Shown here: piece by piece, positions 38,101 through 53,100 of the stretch
Layout of the letters: the number at the start of each line of letters is the position of its first letter
Numbering within the stretch: the first letter of the stretch is position 1
DNA from: the human T2T-CHM13v2.0 reference genome, Homo sapiens
Assembly: GCF_009914755.1 (NCBI RefSeq)
Contig: NC_060941.1
Direction: 5' to 3' (one strand)
DNA: 64,000 bases
Notes under the pieces: generated by a model
Seen by the model: the letters and a program-made list of their open reading frames with translations, nothing else
Database searches by the model: none
What the model was told of the DNA's origin: nothing
Made by a program: the position numbers and the translations under genes

Positions 38101-41100
38101 CAGAAGCAGTCTCAGAATCTTCTTTGTGATGTTTGCATTCAAATCCCCGAGTTGAACTTTCCTTTCAAAGTTCACGTTTGAAACACTCTTTTTGCAGGAT
38201 CTACAAGTGGATATTTGGACCACTCTGTGTCCTTCGTTCGAAACGGGTATATCTTCACATGACATCTAGACAGAAGCATCCTCAGAAGCTTCTCTGTGAT
38301 GACTGCATTCAACTCACGGAGTTGAACACTCCTTTTGAGAGCGCAGTTTTGAAACTCTCTTTCTGTGGCATCTGCAAGGGGACATGTAGACCTCCTTGAA
38401 GATTTCGTTGGAAACGGAATCATCTTCACATAAAAACTACACAGATGCATTCTCAGGAACTTTTTGGTGATGTTTGTATTCAACTCCCAGAGTTGAACTT
38501 TCCTTTGGAAAGAGCAGCTATGAAACACTGTTTTTCTAGAATCTGCAAGTGGACGTTTGGAGGGCTTTGTGGTTTGTGGTGGAAAAGGAAATATCTTCAC
38601 CTAAATACTAGATAGAAGCATTCTCAGAAACTGCTTTGTGATGATTGCATTCACCTCACAGAGTTGAACATTCCTATTGATAGAGCAGTTTGGAAACACT
38701 CTTGTTGTGGAATGTGCAAGTGGAGATTTGGAGCGCTTTGAGGCCTATGGTAGTAAAGGGAATAGCTTCATAGAAAAACTAGACAGAAGCATTCTCAGAA
38801 AATACTTTGTGATGATTGAGTTTAACTCACAGAGCTGAACATTCCTTTGGATGGAGCAGGTTTGAGACACACTTTTTGTAGAATCTACAAGTGGATATTT
38901 GGACCTCTCTGAGGATTTCGTTGGAAACGGGATAACTGCACCTAACTAAACGGAAGCATTCTCAGAAACTTCTTGGTGATGTTTGCATTCAAATCCCAGA
39001 GTCGAACCTTCCTTTGATAGTTCAGGTTTGAAACACTCTTTTTGTAGGATCTGCAAGTGGATATTTGGACCACTCTGTGGCCTTCGTTCGAAACGGGTAT
39101 ATCTTCGCATAAAATCTAGACAGAAGCCTTCTCAGAAACTTCTCTGTGATGATTGCATTCAACTCACAGAGTTGAACCCTCCTATGGATAGAGCAGTGTT
39201 GAAACTCTCTTTTTGTGGAATCTGCAAGTGGATATGTGGACCTCTCCGAAGATGTCTTTGGAAACGGGAATATCTTCACATAAAAACTAAACAGAAGCAT
39301 TCTCAGAAACTTCTCTGTGATGTTTGTGTTCAACTCCCAGAGTTTCACATTGCTTTTCATAGAGTAGTTCTGAAACATGCTTTTCGTAGTGTCTACAAGT
39401 GGACATTTGGAGCGCTTTCAGGCCTGTGGTGGAAAACGAATTATGGTCACATAAAAACTGGAGAGAAGCATTGTCAGAAACTTCTTTGTGATGATTGCAT
39501 TCAACTCACAGAGTTGAAGGTTCCTTTTCAAAGAGCAGTTTCCAATCACTCTTTCTGTGGAATCTGCAAGTGGATATTTGGACCTATTTTGAAGATTTCG
39601 TTGGAAACGGGAGAATCTTCACAGGAAAGCTAAACAGAAGCATTCTCAGAAACTTCTTTGTGATGCTTGCATTCAACTCACAGAGTTGAACTTTCCTTTC
39701 GAGAGAGAAGCTTTGAAACACTCTTTTTCCAGAATCTGCAAGTGGACATTTGGAGGGCTTTGAGGCCTGTGGTGGAAAAGGAATTATCTTCCCGTAAAAG
39801 CTAGATAGAAGCATTCTCAGAAACTACTTTGTGATGATTGCATTCAAGTCACAGAGTTGAACATTCCCTTTGACAGAGCAGTTTGGAAACTCTCTTTGTG
39901 TAGAATCTGCAAGTGGAGATATGGACCGCTTTGAGGCCTATGGTAGTAAAGGAAATAGCTTCATATAAAAGCTAGACAGTAGCATTCACAGAAAACTCTT
40001 GGTGACGACTGAGTTTAACTCACAGAGCTGAACATTCCTTTGGATGGAGCAGTTTCGAAACACACTATTTGTAGAATGTGCAAGTGGATATTTAGGCCTC
40101 TCTGAGGATTTCGTTGGAAACGGGATAAACCGCACAGAACTAAACAGAAGCATTCTCAGAACCTTCTTCGTGATGTTTGCATTCAACTCACAGTGTTGAA
40201 CCTTTCTTTGATAGTTCAGGTTTGAAACGGTCTTTCTGTAGAAACTGCAAGTAGATATTTGGACCTCTCTGAGGATTTCGTTGGAAACGGGATAACCCGC
40301 ACAGAACTAAAACAGAAGCATTCTCAGAACCCTCTTCGTGATGTTTGCATTCAACTCACAGTGCTGAACCTTTCTTTGATAGTTCAGCTTTGAAACACTC
40401 TTTTTGTAGAAACTGCAAGTGGATATTTGGTCCTCTCTGAGCATTTCGTTGGAAACGGGATAAACTGCACAGAACTAAACAGAAGCATTCTCAGAACCTT
40501 CTTCGTGATGTCTGCATTCAACTCACAGTGTGGAACCTTTCTTTGATAGTTCAGGTTTGAAACACTCTTTTTGTAGAAACTGCAAGGGGATAATTGCACT
40601 CTTTGAGGAGTACCGTAGTAAAGGAAATAACTTCCTATAAAAAGAAGACAGAAGCTTTCTCAGAAAATTCTTTGGGATGATTGAGTTGAACTCACAGAGC
40701 TGAGCATTCCTTGCGATGTAGCAGTTTAGAAACACACTTTCTGCAGAATCTGCAAGTGCATATTTGGACCTCTGTGAGGAATTCGTTGGAAACGGGATAA
40801 TTTCAGCTGACTAAACAGAAGCAGTCTCAGAATCTTCTTTGTGATGTTTGCATTCAAATCCCCGAGTTGAACTTTCCTTTCAAAGTTCACGTTTGAAACA
40901 CTCTTTTTGCAGGATCTACAAGTGGATATTTGGACCACTCTGTGTCCTTCGTTCGAAACGGGTATATCTTCACATGACATCTAGACAGAAGCATCCTCAG
41001 AAGCTTCTCTGTGATGACTGCATTCAACTCACGGAGTTGAACACTCCTTTTGAGAGCGCAGTTTTGAAACTCTCTTTCTGTGGCATCTGCAAGGGGACAT

Positions 41101-44100
41101 GTAGACCTCTTTGAAGATTTCATTGGAAACGGAATCATCTTCACATAAAAACTACACAGATGCATTCTCAGGAACTTTTTGGTGATGTTTGTATTCAACT
41201 CCCAGAGTTGAACTTTCCTTTGGAAAGAGCAGCTATGAAACACTCTTTTTCTAGAATCTGCAAGTGGACGTTTGGAGGGCTTTGTGGTTTGTGGTGGAAA
41301 AGGAAATATCTTCACCTAAATACTAGATAGAAGCATTCTCAGAAACTGCTTTGTGATGATTGCATTCACCTCACAGAGTTGAACATTCCTATTGATAGAG
41401 CAGTTTGGAAACACTCTTGTTGTGGAATGTGCAAGTGGAGATTTGGAGCGCTTTGAGGCCTATGGTAGTAAAGGGAATAGCTTCATAGAAAAACTAGACA
41501 GAAGCATTCTCAGAAAATACTTTGTGATGATTGAGTTTAACTCACAGAGCTGAACATTCCTTTGGATGGAGCAGGTTTGAGACACACTTTTTGTAGAATC
41601 TACAAGTGGATATTTGGACCTCTCTGAGGATTTCGTTGGAAACGGGATAACTGCACCTAACTAAACGGAAGCATTCTCAGAAACTTCTTGGTGATGTTTG
41701 CATTCAAATCCCAGAGTCGAACCTTCCTTTGATAGTTCAGGTTTGAAACACTCTTTTTGTAGGATCTGCAAGTGGATATTTGGACCACTCTGTGGCCTTC
41801 GTTCGAAACGGGTATATCTTCGCATAAAATCTAGACAGAAGCCTTCTCAGAAACTTCTCTGTGATGATTGCATTCAACTCACAGAGTTGAACCCTCCTAT
41901 GGATAGAGCAGTGTTGAAACTCTCTTTTTGTGGAATCTGCAAGTGGATATGTGGACCTCTCCGAAGATGTCTTTGGAAACGGGAATATCTTCACATAAAA
42001 ACTAAACAGAAGCATTCTCAGAAACTTCTCTGTGATGTTTGTGTTCAACTCCCAGAGTTTCACATTGCTTTTCATAGAGTAGTTCTGAAACATGCTTTTC
42101 GTAGTGTCTACAAGTGGACATTTGGAGCGCTTTCAGGCCTGTGGTGGAAAACGAATTATGGTCACATAAAAACTGGAGAGAAGCATTGTCAGAAACTTCT
42201 TTGTGATGATTGCATTCAACTCACAGAGTTGAAGGTTCCTTTTCAAAGAGCAGTTTCCAATCACTCTTTCTGTGGAATCTGCAAGTGGATATTTGGACCT
42301 ATTTTGAAGATTTCGTTGGAAACGGGAGAATCTTCACAGGAAAGCTAAACAGAAGCATTCTCAGAAACTTCTTTGTGATGCTTGCATTCAACTCACAGAG
42401 TTGAACTTTCCTTTCGAGAGAGAAGCTTTGAAACACTCTTTTTCCAGAATCTGCAAGTGGACATTTGGAGGGCTTTGAGGCCTGTGGTGGAAAAGGAATT
42501 ATCTTCCCGTAAAAGCTAGATAGAAGCATTCTCAGAAACTACTTTGTGATGATTGCATTCAAGTCACAGAGTTGAACATTCCCTTTGACAGAGCAGTTTG
42601 GAAACTCTCTTTGTGTAGAATCTGCAAGTGGAGATATGGACCGCTTTGAGGCCTATGGTAGTAAAGGAAATAGCTTCATATAAAAGCTAGACAGTAGCAT
42701 TCACAGAAAACTCTTGGTGACGACTGAGTTTAACTCACAGAGCTGAACATTCCTTTGGATGGAGCAGTTTCGAAACACACTATTTGTAGAATGTGCAAGT
42801 GGATATTTAGGCCTCTCTGAGGATTTCGTTGGAAACGGGATAAACCGCACAGAACTAAACAGAAGCATTCTCAGAACCTTCTTCGTGATGTTTGCATTCA
42901 ACTCACAGTGTTGAACCTTTCTTTGATAGTTCAGGTTTGAAACGGTCTTTCTGTAGAAACTGCAAGTAGATATTTGGACCTCTCTGAGGATTTCGTTGGA
43001 AACGGGATAACCCGCACAGAACTAAAACAGAAGCATTCTCAGAACCCTCTTCGTGATGTTTGCATTCAACTCACAGTGCTGAACCTTTCTTTGATAGTTC
43101 AGCTTTGAAACACTCTTTTTGTAGAAACTGCAAGTGGATATTTGGTCCTCTCTGAGCATTTCGTTGGAAACGGGATAAACTGCACAGAACTAAACAGAAG
43201 CATTCTCAGAACCTTCTTCGTGATGTCTGCATTCAACTCACAGTGTGGAACCTTTCTTTGATAGTTCAGGTTTGAAACACTCTTTTTGTAGAAACTGCAA
43301 GGGGATAATTGCACTCTTTGAGGAGTACCGTAGTAAAGGAAATAACTTCCTATAAAAAGAAGACAGAAGCTTTCTCAGAAAATTCTTTGGGATGATTGAG
43401 TTGAACTCACAGAGCTGAGCATTCCTTGCGATGTAGCAGTTTAGAAACACACTTTCTGCAGAATCTGCAAGTGCATATTTGGACCTCTGTGAGGAATTCG
43501 TTGGAAACGGGATAATTTCAGCTGACTAAACAGAAGCAGTCTCAGAATCTTCTTTGTGATGTTTGCATTCAAATCCCCGAGTTGAACTTTCCTTTCAAAG
43601 TTCACGTTTGAAACACTCTTTTTGCAGGATCTACAAGTGGATATTTGGACCACTCTGTGTCCTTCGTTCGAAACGGGTATATCTTCACATGACATCTAGA
43701 CAGAAGCATCCTCAGAAGCTTCTCTGTGATGACTGCATTCAACTCACGGAGTTGAACACTCCTTTTGAGAGCGCAGTTTTGAAACTCTCTTTCTGTGGCA
43801 TCTGCAAGGGGACATGTAGACCTCTTTGAAGATTTCGTTGGAAACGGAATCATCTTCACATAAAAACTACACAGATGCATTCTCAGGAACTTTTTGGTGA
43901 TGTTTGTATTCAACTCCCAGAGTTGAACTTTCCTTTGGAAAGAGCAGCTATGAAACACTCTTTTTCTAGAATCTGCAAGTGGACGTTTGGAGGGCTTTGT
44001 GGTTTGTGGTGGAAAAGGAAATATCTTCACCTAAATACTAGATAGAAGCATTCTCAGAAACTGCTTTGTGATGATTGCATTCACCTCACAGAGTTGAACA

Positions 44101-47100
44101 TTCCTATTGATAGAGCAGTTTGGAAACACTCTTGTTGTGGAATGTGCAAGTGGAGATTTGGAGCGCTTTGAGGCCTATGGTAGTAAAGGGAATAGCTTCA
44201 TAGAAAAACTAGACAGAAGCATTCTCAGAAAATACTTTGTGATGATTGAGTTTAACTCACAGAGCTGAACATTCCTTTGGATGGAGCAGGTTTGAGACAC
44301 ACTTTTTGTAGAATCTACAAGTGGATATTTGGACCTCTCTGAGGATTTCGTTGGAAACGGGATAACTGCACCTAACTAAACGGAAGCATTCTCAGAAACT
44401 TCTTGGTGATGTTTGCATTCAAATCCCAGAGTCGAACCTTCCTTTGATAGTTCAGGTTTGAAACACTCTTTTTGTAGGATCTGCAAGTGGATATTTGGAC
44501 CACTCTGTGGCCTTCGTTCGAAACGGGTATATCTTCGCATAAAATCTAGACAGAAGCCTTCTCAGAAACTTCTCTGTGATGATTGCATTCAACTCACAGA
44601 GTTGAACCCTCCTATGGATAGAGCAGTGTTGAAACTCTCTTTTTGTGGAATCTGCAAGTGGATATGTGGACCTCTCCGAAGATGTCTTTGGAAACGGGAA
44701 TATCTTCACATAAAAACTAAACAGAAGCATTCTCAGAAACTTCTCTGTGATGTTTGTGTTCAACTCCCAGAGTTTCACATTGCTTTTCATAGAGTAGTTC
44801 TGAAACATGCTTTTCGTAGTGTCTACAAGTGGACATTTGGAGCGCTTTCAGGCCTGTGGTGGAAAACGAATTATGGTCACATAAAAACTGGAGAGAAGCA
44901 TTGTCAGAAACTTCTTTGTGATGATTGCATTCAACTCACAGAGTTGAAGGTTCCTTTTCAAAGAGCAGTTTCCAATCACTCTTTGTGTGGAATCTGCAAG
45001 TGGATATTTGGACCTATTTTGAAGATTTCGTTGGAAACGGGAGAATCTTCACAGGAAAGCTAAACAGAAGCATTCTCAGAAACTTCTTTGTGATGCTTGC
45101 ATTCAACTCACAGAGTTGAACTTTCCTTTCGAGAGAGAAGCTTTGAAACACTCTTTTTCCAGAATCTGCAAGTGGACATTTGGAGGGCTTTGAGGCCTGT
45201 GGTGGAAAAGGAATTATCTTCCCGTAAAAGCTAGATAGAAGCATTCTCAGAAACTACTTTGTGATGATTGCATTCAAGTCACAGAGTTGAACATTCCCTT
45301 TGACAGAGCAGTTTGGAAACTCTCTTTGTGTAGAATCTGCAAGTGGAGATATGGACCGCTTTGAGGCCTATGGTAGTAAAGGAAATAGCTTCATATAAAA
45401 GCTAGACAGTAGCATTCACAGAAAACTCTTGGTGACGACTGAGTTTAACTCACAGAGCTGAACATTCCTTTGGATGGAGCAGTTTCGAAACACACTATTT
45501 GTAGAATGTGCAAGTGGATATTTAGGCCTCTCTGAGGATTTCGTTGGAAACGGGATAAACCGCACAGAACTAAACAGAAGCATTCTCAGAACCTTCTTCG
45601 TGATGTTTGCATTCAACTCACAGTGTTGAACCTTTCTTTGATAGTTCAGGTTTGAAACGGTCTTTCTGTAGAAACTGCAAGTAGATATTTGGACCTCTCT
45701 GAGGATTTCGTTGGAAACGGGATAACCCGCACAGAACTAAAACAGAAGCATTCTCAGAACCCTCTTCGTGATGTTTGCATTCAACTCACAGTGCTGAACC
45801 TTTCTTTGATAGTTCAGCTTTGAAACACTCTTTTTGTAGAAACTGCAAGTGGATATTTGGTCCTCTCTGAGCATTTCGTTGGAAACGGGATAAACTGCAC
45901 AGAACTAAACAGAAGCATTCTCAGAACCTTCTTCGTGATGTCTGCATTCAACTCACAGTGTGGAACCTTTCTTTGATAGTTCAGGTTTGAAACACTCTTT
46001 TTGTAGAAACTGCAAGGGGATAATTGCACTCTTTGAGGAGTACCGTAGTAAAGGAAATAACTTCCTATAAAAAGAAGACAGAAGCTTTCTCAGAAAATTC
46101 TTTGGGATGATTGAGTTGAACTCACAGAGCTGAGCATTCCTTGCGATGTAGCAGTTTAGAAACACACTTTCTGCAGAATCTGCAAGTGCATATTTGGACC
46201 TCTGTGAGGAATTCGTTGGAAACGGGATAATTTCAGCTGACTAAACAGAAGCAGTCTCAGAATCTTCTTTGTGATGTTTGCATTCAAATCCCCGAGTTGA
46301 ACTTTCCTTTCAAAGTTCACGTTTGAAACACTCTTTTTGCAGGATCTACAAGTGGATATTTGGACCACTCTGTGTCCTTCGTTCGAAACGGGTATATCTT
46401 CACATGACATCTAGACAGAAGCATCCTCAGAAGCTTCTCTGTGATGACTGCATTCAACTCACGGAGTTGAACACTCCTTTTGAGAGCGCAGTTTTGAAAC
46501 TCTCTTTCTGTGGCATCTGCAAGGGGACATGTAGACCTCTTTGAAGATTTCGTTGGAAACGGAATCATCTTCACATAAAAACTACACAGATGCATTCTCA
46601 GGAACTTTTTGGTGATGTTTGTATTCAACTCCCAGAGTTGAACTTTCCTTTGGAAAGAGCAGCTATGAAACACTGTTTTTCTAGAATCTGCAAGTGGACG
46701 TTTGGAGGGCTTTGTGGTTTGTGGTGGAAAAGGAAATATCTTCACCTAAATACTAGATAGAAGCATTCTCAGAAACTGCTTTGTGATGATTGCATTCACC
46801 TCACAGAGTTGAACATTCCTATTGATAGAGCAGTTTGGAAACACTCTTGTTGTGGAATGTGCAAGTGGAGATTTGGAGCGCTTTGAGGCCTATGGTAGTA
46901 AAGGGAATAGCTTCATAGAAAAACTAGACAGAAGCATTCTCAGAAAATACTTTGTGATGATTGAGTTTAACTCACAGAGCTGAACATTCCTTTGGATGGA
47001 GCAGGTTTGAGACACACTTTTTGTAGAATCTACAAGTGGATATTTGGACCTCTCTGAGGATTTCGTTGGAAACGGGATAACTGCACCTAACTAAACGGAA

Positions 47101-50100
47101 GCATTCTCAGAAACTTCTTGGTGATGTTTGCATTCAAATCCCAGAGTCGAACCTTCCTTTGATAGTTCAGGTTTGAAACACTCTTTTTGTAGGATCTGCA
47201 AGTGGATATTTGGACCACTCTGTGGCCTTCGTTCGAAACGGGTACATCTTCGCATAAAATCTAGACAGAAGCCTTCTCAGAAACTTCTCTGTGATGATTG
47301 CATTCAACTCACAGAGTTGAACCCTCCTATGGATAGAGCAGTGTTGAAACTCTCTTTTTGTGGAATCTGCAAGTGGATATGTGGACCTCTCCGAAGATGT
47401 CTTTGGAAACGGGAATATCTTCACATAAAAACTAAACAGAAGCATTCTCAGAAACTTCTCTGTGATGTTTGTGTTCAACTCCCAGAGTTTCACATTGCTT
47501 TTCATAGAGTAGTTCTGAAACATGCTTTTCGTAGTGTCTACAAGTGGACATTTGGAGCGCTTTCAGGCCTGTGGTGGAAAACGAATTATGGTCACATAAA
47601 AACTGGAGAGAAGCATTGTCAGAAACTTCTTTGTGATGATTGCATTCAACTCACAGAGTTGAAGGTTCCTTTTCAAAGAGCAGTTTCCAATCACTCTTTC
47701 TGTGGAATCTGCAAGTGAATATTTGGACCTATTTTGAAGATTTCGTTGGAAACGGGAGAATCTTCACAGGAAAGCTAAACAGAAGCATTCTCAGAAACTT
47801 CTTTGTGATGCTTGCATTCAACTCACAGAGTTGAACTTTCCTTTCGAGAGAGAAGCTTTGAAACACTCTTTTTCCAGAATCTGCAAGTGGACATTTGGAG
47901 GGCTTTGAGGCCTGTGGTGGAAAAGGAATTATCTTCCCGTAAAAGCTAGATAGAAGCATTCTCAGAAACTACTTTGTGATGATTGCATTCAAGTCACAGA
48001 GTTGAACATTCCCTTTGACAGAGCAGTTTGGAAACTCTCTTTGTGTAGAATCTGCAAGTGGAGATATGGACCGCTTTGAGGCCTATGGTAGTAAAGGAAA
48101 TAGCTTCATATAAAAGCTAGACAGTAGCATTCACAGAAAACTCTTGGTGACGACTGAGTTTAACTCACAGAGCTGAACATTCCTTTGGATGGAGCAGTTT
48201 CGAAACACACTATTTGTAGAATGTGCAAGTGGATATTTAGGCCTCTCTGAGGATTTCGTTGGAAACGGGATAAACCGCACAGAACTAAACAGAAGCATTC
48301 TCAGAACCTTCTTCGTGATGTTTGCATTCAACTCACAGTGTTGAACCTTTCTTTGATAGTTCAGGTTTGAAACGGTCTTTCTGTAGAAACTGCAAGTAGA
48401 TATTTGGACCTCTCTGAGGATTTCGTTGGAAACGGGATAACCCGCACAGAACTAAAACAGAAGCATTCTCAGAACCCTCTTCGTGATGTTTGCATTCAAC
48501 TCACAGTGCTGAACCTTTCTTTGATAGTTCAGCTTTGAAACACTCTTTTTGTAGAAACTGCAAGTGGATATTTGGTCCTCTCTGAGCATTTCGTTGGAAA
48601 CGGGATAAACTGCACAGAACTAAACAGAAGCATTCTCAGAACCTTCTTCGTGATGTCTGCATTCAACTCACAGTGTGGAACCTTTCTTTGATAGTTCAGG
48701 TTTGAAACACTCTTTCTGTAGAAACTGCAAGGGGATAATTGCACTCTTTGAGGAGTACCGTAGTAAAGGAAATAACTTCCTATAAAAAGAAGACAGAAGC
48801 TTTCTCAGAAAATTCTTTGGGATGATTGAGTTGAACTCACAGAGCTGAGCATTCCTTGCGATGTAGCAGTTTAGAAACACACTTTCTGCAGAATCTGCAA
48901 GTGCATATTTGGACCTCTGTGAGGAATTCGTTGGAAACGGGATAATTTCAGCTGACTAAACAGAAGCAGTCTCAGAATCTTCTTTGTGATGTTTGCATTC
49001 AAATCCCCGAGTTGAACTTTCCTTTCAAAGTTCACGTTTGAAACACTCTTTTTGCAGGATCTACAAGTGGATATTTGGACCACTCTGTGTCCTTCGTTCG
49101 AAACGGGTATATCTTCACATGACATCTAGACAGAAGCATCCTCAGAAGCTTCTCTGTGATGACTGCATTCAACTCACGGAGTTGAACACTCCTTTTGAGA
49201 GCGCAGTTTTGAAACTCTCTTTCTGTGGCATCTGCAAGGGGACATGTAGACCTCTTTGAAGATTTCGTTGGAAACGGAATCATCTTCACATAAAAACTAC
49301 ACAGATGCATTCTCAGGAACTTTTTGGTGATGTTTGTATTCAACTCCCAGAGTTGAACTTTCCTTTGGAAAGAGCAGCTATGAAACACTGTTTTTCTAGA
49401 ATCTGCAAGTGGACGTTTGGAGGGCTTTGTGGTTTGTGGTGGAAAAGGAAATATCTTCACCTAAATACTAGATAGAAGCATTCTCAGAAACTGCTTTGTG
49501 ATGATTGCATTCACCTCACAGAGTTGAACATTCCTATTGATAGAGCAGTTTGGAAACACTCTTGTTGTGGAATGTGCAAGTGGAGATTTGGAGCGCTTTG
49601 AGGCCTATGGTAGTAAAGGGAATAGCTTCATAGAAAAACTAGACAGAAGCATTCTCAGAAAATACTTTGTGATGATTGAGTTTAACTCACAGAGCTGAAC
49701 ATTCCTTTGGATGGAGCAGGTTTGAGACACACTTTTTGTAGAATCTACAAGTGGATATTTGGACCTCTCTGAGGATTTCGTTGGAAACGGGATAACTGCA
49801 CCTAACTAAACGGAAGCATTCTCAGAAACTTCTTGGTGATGTTTGCATTCAAATCCCAGAGTCGAACCTTCCTTTGATAGTTCAGGTTTGAAACACTCTT
49901 TTTGTAGGATCTGCAAGTGGATATTTGGACCACTCTGTGGCCTTCGTTCGAAACGGGTACATCTTCGCATAAAATCTAGACAGAAGCCTTCTCAGAAACT
50001 TCTCTGTGATGATTGCATTCAACTCACAGAGTTGAACCCTCCTATGGATAGAGCAGTGTTGAAACTCTCTTTTTGTGGAATCTGCAAGTGGATATGTGGA

Positions 50101-53100
50101 CCTCTCCGAAGATGTCTTTGGAAACGGGAATATCTTCACATAAAAACTAAACAGAAGCATTCTCAGAAACTTCTCTGTGATGTTTGTGTTCAACTCCCAG
50201 AGTTTCACATTGCTTTTCATAGAGTAGTTCTGAAACATGCTTTTCGTAGTGTCTACAAGTGGACATTTGGAGCGCTTTCAGGCCTGTGGTGGAAAACGAA
50301 TTATGGTCACATAAAAACTGGAGAGAAGCATTGTCAGAAACTTCTTTGTGATGATTGCATTCAACTCACAGAGTTGAAGGTTCCTTTTCAAAGAGCAGTT
50401 TCCAATCACTCTTTCTGTGGAATCTGCAAGTGAATATTTGGACCTATTTTGAAGATTTCGTTGGAAACGGGAGAATCTTCACAGGAAAGCTAAACAGAAG
50501 CATTCTCAGAAACTTCTTTGTGATGCTTGCATTCAACTCACAGAGTTGAACTTTCCTTTCGAGAGAGAAGCTTTGAAACACTCTTTTTCCAGAATCTGCA
50601 AGTGGACATTTGGAGGGCTTTGAGGCCTGTGGTGGAAAAGGAATTATCTTCCCGTAAAAGCTAGATAGAAGCATTCTCAGAAACTACTTTGTGATGATTG
50701 CATTCAAGTCACAGAGTTGAACATTCCCTTTGACAGAGCAGTTTGGAAACTCTCTTTGTGTAGAATCTGCAAGTGGAGATATGGACCGCTTTGAGGCCTA
50801 TGGTAGTAAAGGAAATAGCTTCATATAAAAGCTAGACAGTAGCATTCACAGAAAACTCTTGGTGACGACTGAGTTTAACTCACAGAGCTGAACATTCCTT
50901 TGGATGGAGCAGTTTCGAAACACACTATTTGTAGAATGTGCAAGTGGATATTTAGGCCTCTCTGAGGATTTCGTTGGAAACGGGATAAACCGCACAGAAC
51001 TAAACAGAAGCATTCTCAGAACCTTCTTCGTGATGTTTGCATTCAACTCACAGTGTTGAACCTTTCTTTGATAGTTCAGGTTTGAAACGGTCTTTCTGTA
51101 GAAACTGCAAGTAGATATTTGGACCTCTCTGAGGATTTCGTTGGAAACGGGATAACCCGCACAGAACTAAAACAGAAGCATTCTCAGAACCCTCTTCGTG
51201 ATGTTTGCATTCAACTCACAGTGCTGAACCTTTCTTTGATAGTTCAGCTTTGAAACACTCTTTTTGTAGAAACTGCAAGTGGATATTTGGTCCTCTCTGA
51301 GCATTTCGTTGGAAACGGGATAAACTGCACAGAACTAAACAGAAGCATTCTCAGAACCTTCTTCGTGATGTCTGCATTCAACTCACAGTGTGGAACCTTT
51401 CTTTGATAGTTCAGGTTTGAAACACTCTTTCTGTAGAAACTGCAAGGGGATAATTGCACTCTTTGAGGAGTACCGTAGTAAAGGAAATAACTTCCTATAA
51501 AAAGAAGACAGAAGCTTTCTCAGAAAATTCTTTGGGATGATTGAGTTGAACTCACAGAGCTGAGCATTCCTTGCGATGTAGCAGTTTAGAAACACACTTT
51601 CTGCAGAATCTGCAAGTGCATATTTGGACCTCTGTGAGGAATTCGTTGGAAACGGGATAATTTCAGCTGACTAAACAGAAGCAGTCTCAGAATCTTCTTT
51701 GTGATGTTTGCATTCAAATCCCCGAGTTGAACTTTCCTTTCAAAGTTCACGTTTGAAACACTCTTTTTGCAGGATCTACAAGTGGATATTTGGACCACTC
51801 TGTGTCCTTCGTTCGAAACGGGTATATCTTCACATGACATCTAGACAGAAGCATCCTCAGAAGCTTCTCTGTGATGACTGCATTCAACTCACGGAGTTGA
51901 ACACTCCTTTTGAGAGCGCAGTTTTGAAACTCTCTTTCTGTGGCATCTGCAAGGGGACATGTAGACCTCTTTGAAGATTTCGTTGGAAACGGAATCATCT
52001 TCACATAAAAACTATACAGATGCATTCTCAGGAACTTTTTGGTGATGTTTGTATTCAACTCCCAGAGTTGAACTTTCCTTTGGAAAGAGCAGCTATGAAA
52101 CACTCTTTTTCTAGAATCTGCAAGTGGACGTTTGGAGGGCTTTGTGGTTTGTGGTGGAAAAGGAAATATCTTCACCTAAATACTAGATAGAAGCATTCTC
52201 AGAAACTGCTTTGTGATGATTGCATTCACCTCACAGAGTTGAACATTCCTATTGATAGAGCAGTTTGGAAACACTCTTGTTGTGGAATGTGCAAGTGGAG
52301 ATTTGGAGCGCTTTGAGGCCTATGGTAGTAAAGGGAATAGCTTCATAGAAAAACTAGACAGAAGCATTCTCAGAAAATACTTTGTGATGATTGAGTTTAA
52401 CTCACAGAGCTGAACATTCCTTTGGATGGAGCAGGTTTGAGACACACTTTTTGTAGAATCTACAAGTGGATATTTGGACCTCTCTGAGGATTTCGTTGGA
52501 AACGGGATAACTGCACCTAACTAAACGGAAGCATTCTCAGAAACTTCTTGGTGATGTTTGCATTCAAATCCCAGAGTCGAACCTTCCTTTGATAGTTCAG
52601 GTTTGAAACACTCTTTTTGTAGGATCTGCAAGTGGATATTTGGACCACTCTGTGGCCTTCGTTCGAAACGGGTATATCTTCGCATAAAATCTAGACAGAA
52701 GCCTTCTCAGAAACTTCTCTGTGATGATTGCATTCAACTCACAGAGTTGAACCCTCCTATGGATAGAGCAGTGTTGAAACTCTCTTTTTGTGGAATCTGC
52801 AAGTGGATATGTGGACCTCTCCGAAGATGTCTTTGGAAACGGGAATATCTTCACATAAAAACTAAACAGAAGCATTCTCAGAAACTTCTCTGTGATGTTT
52901 GTGTTCAACTCCCAGAGTTTCACATTGCTTTTCATAGAGTAGTTCTGAAACATGCTTTTCGTAGTGTCTACAAGTGGACATTTGGAGCGCTTTCAGGCCT
53001 GTGGTGGAAAACGAATTATGGTCACATAAAAACTGGAGAGAAGCATTGTCAGAAACTTCTTTGTGATGATTGCATTCAACTCACAGAGTTGAAGGTTCCT

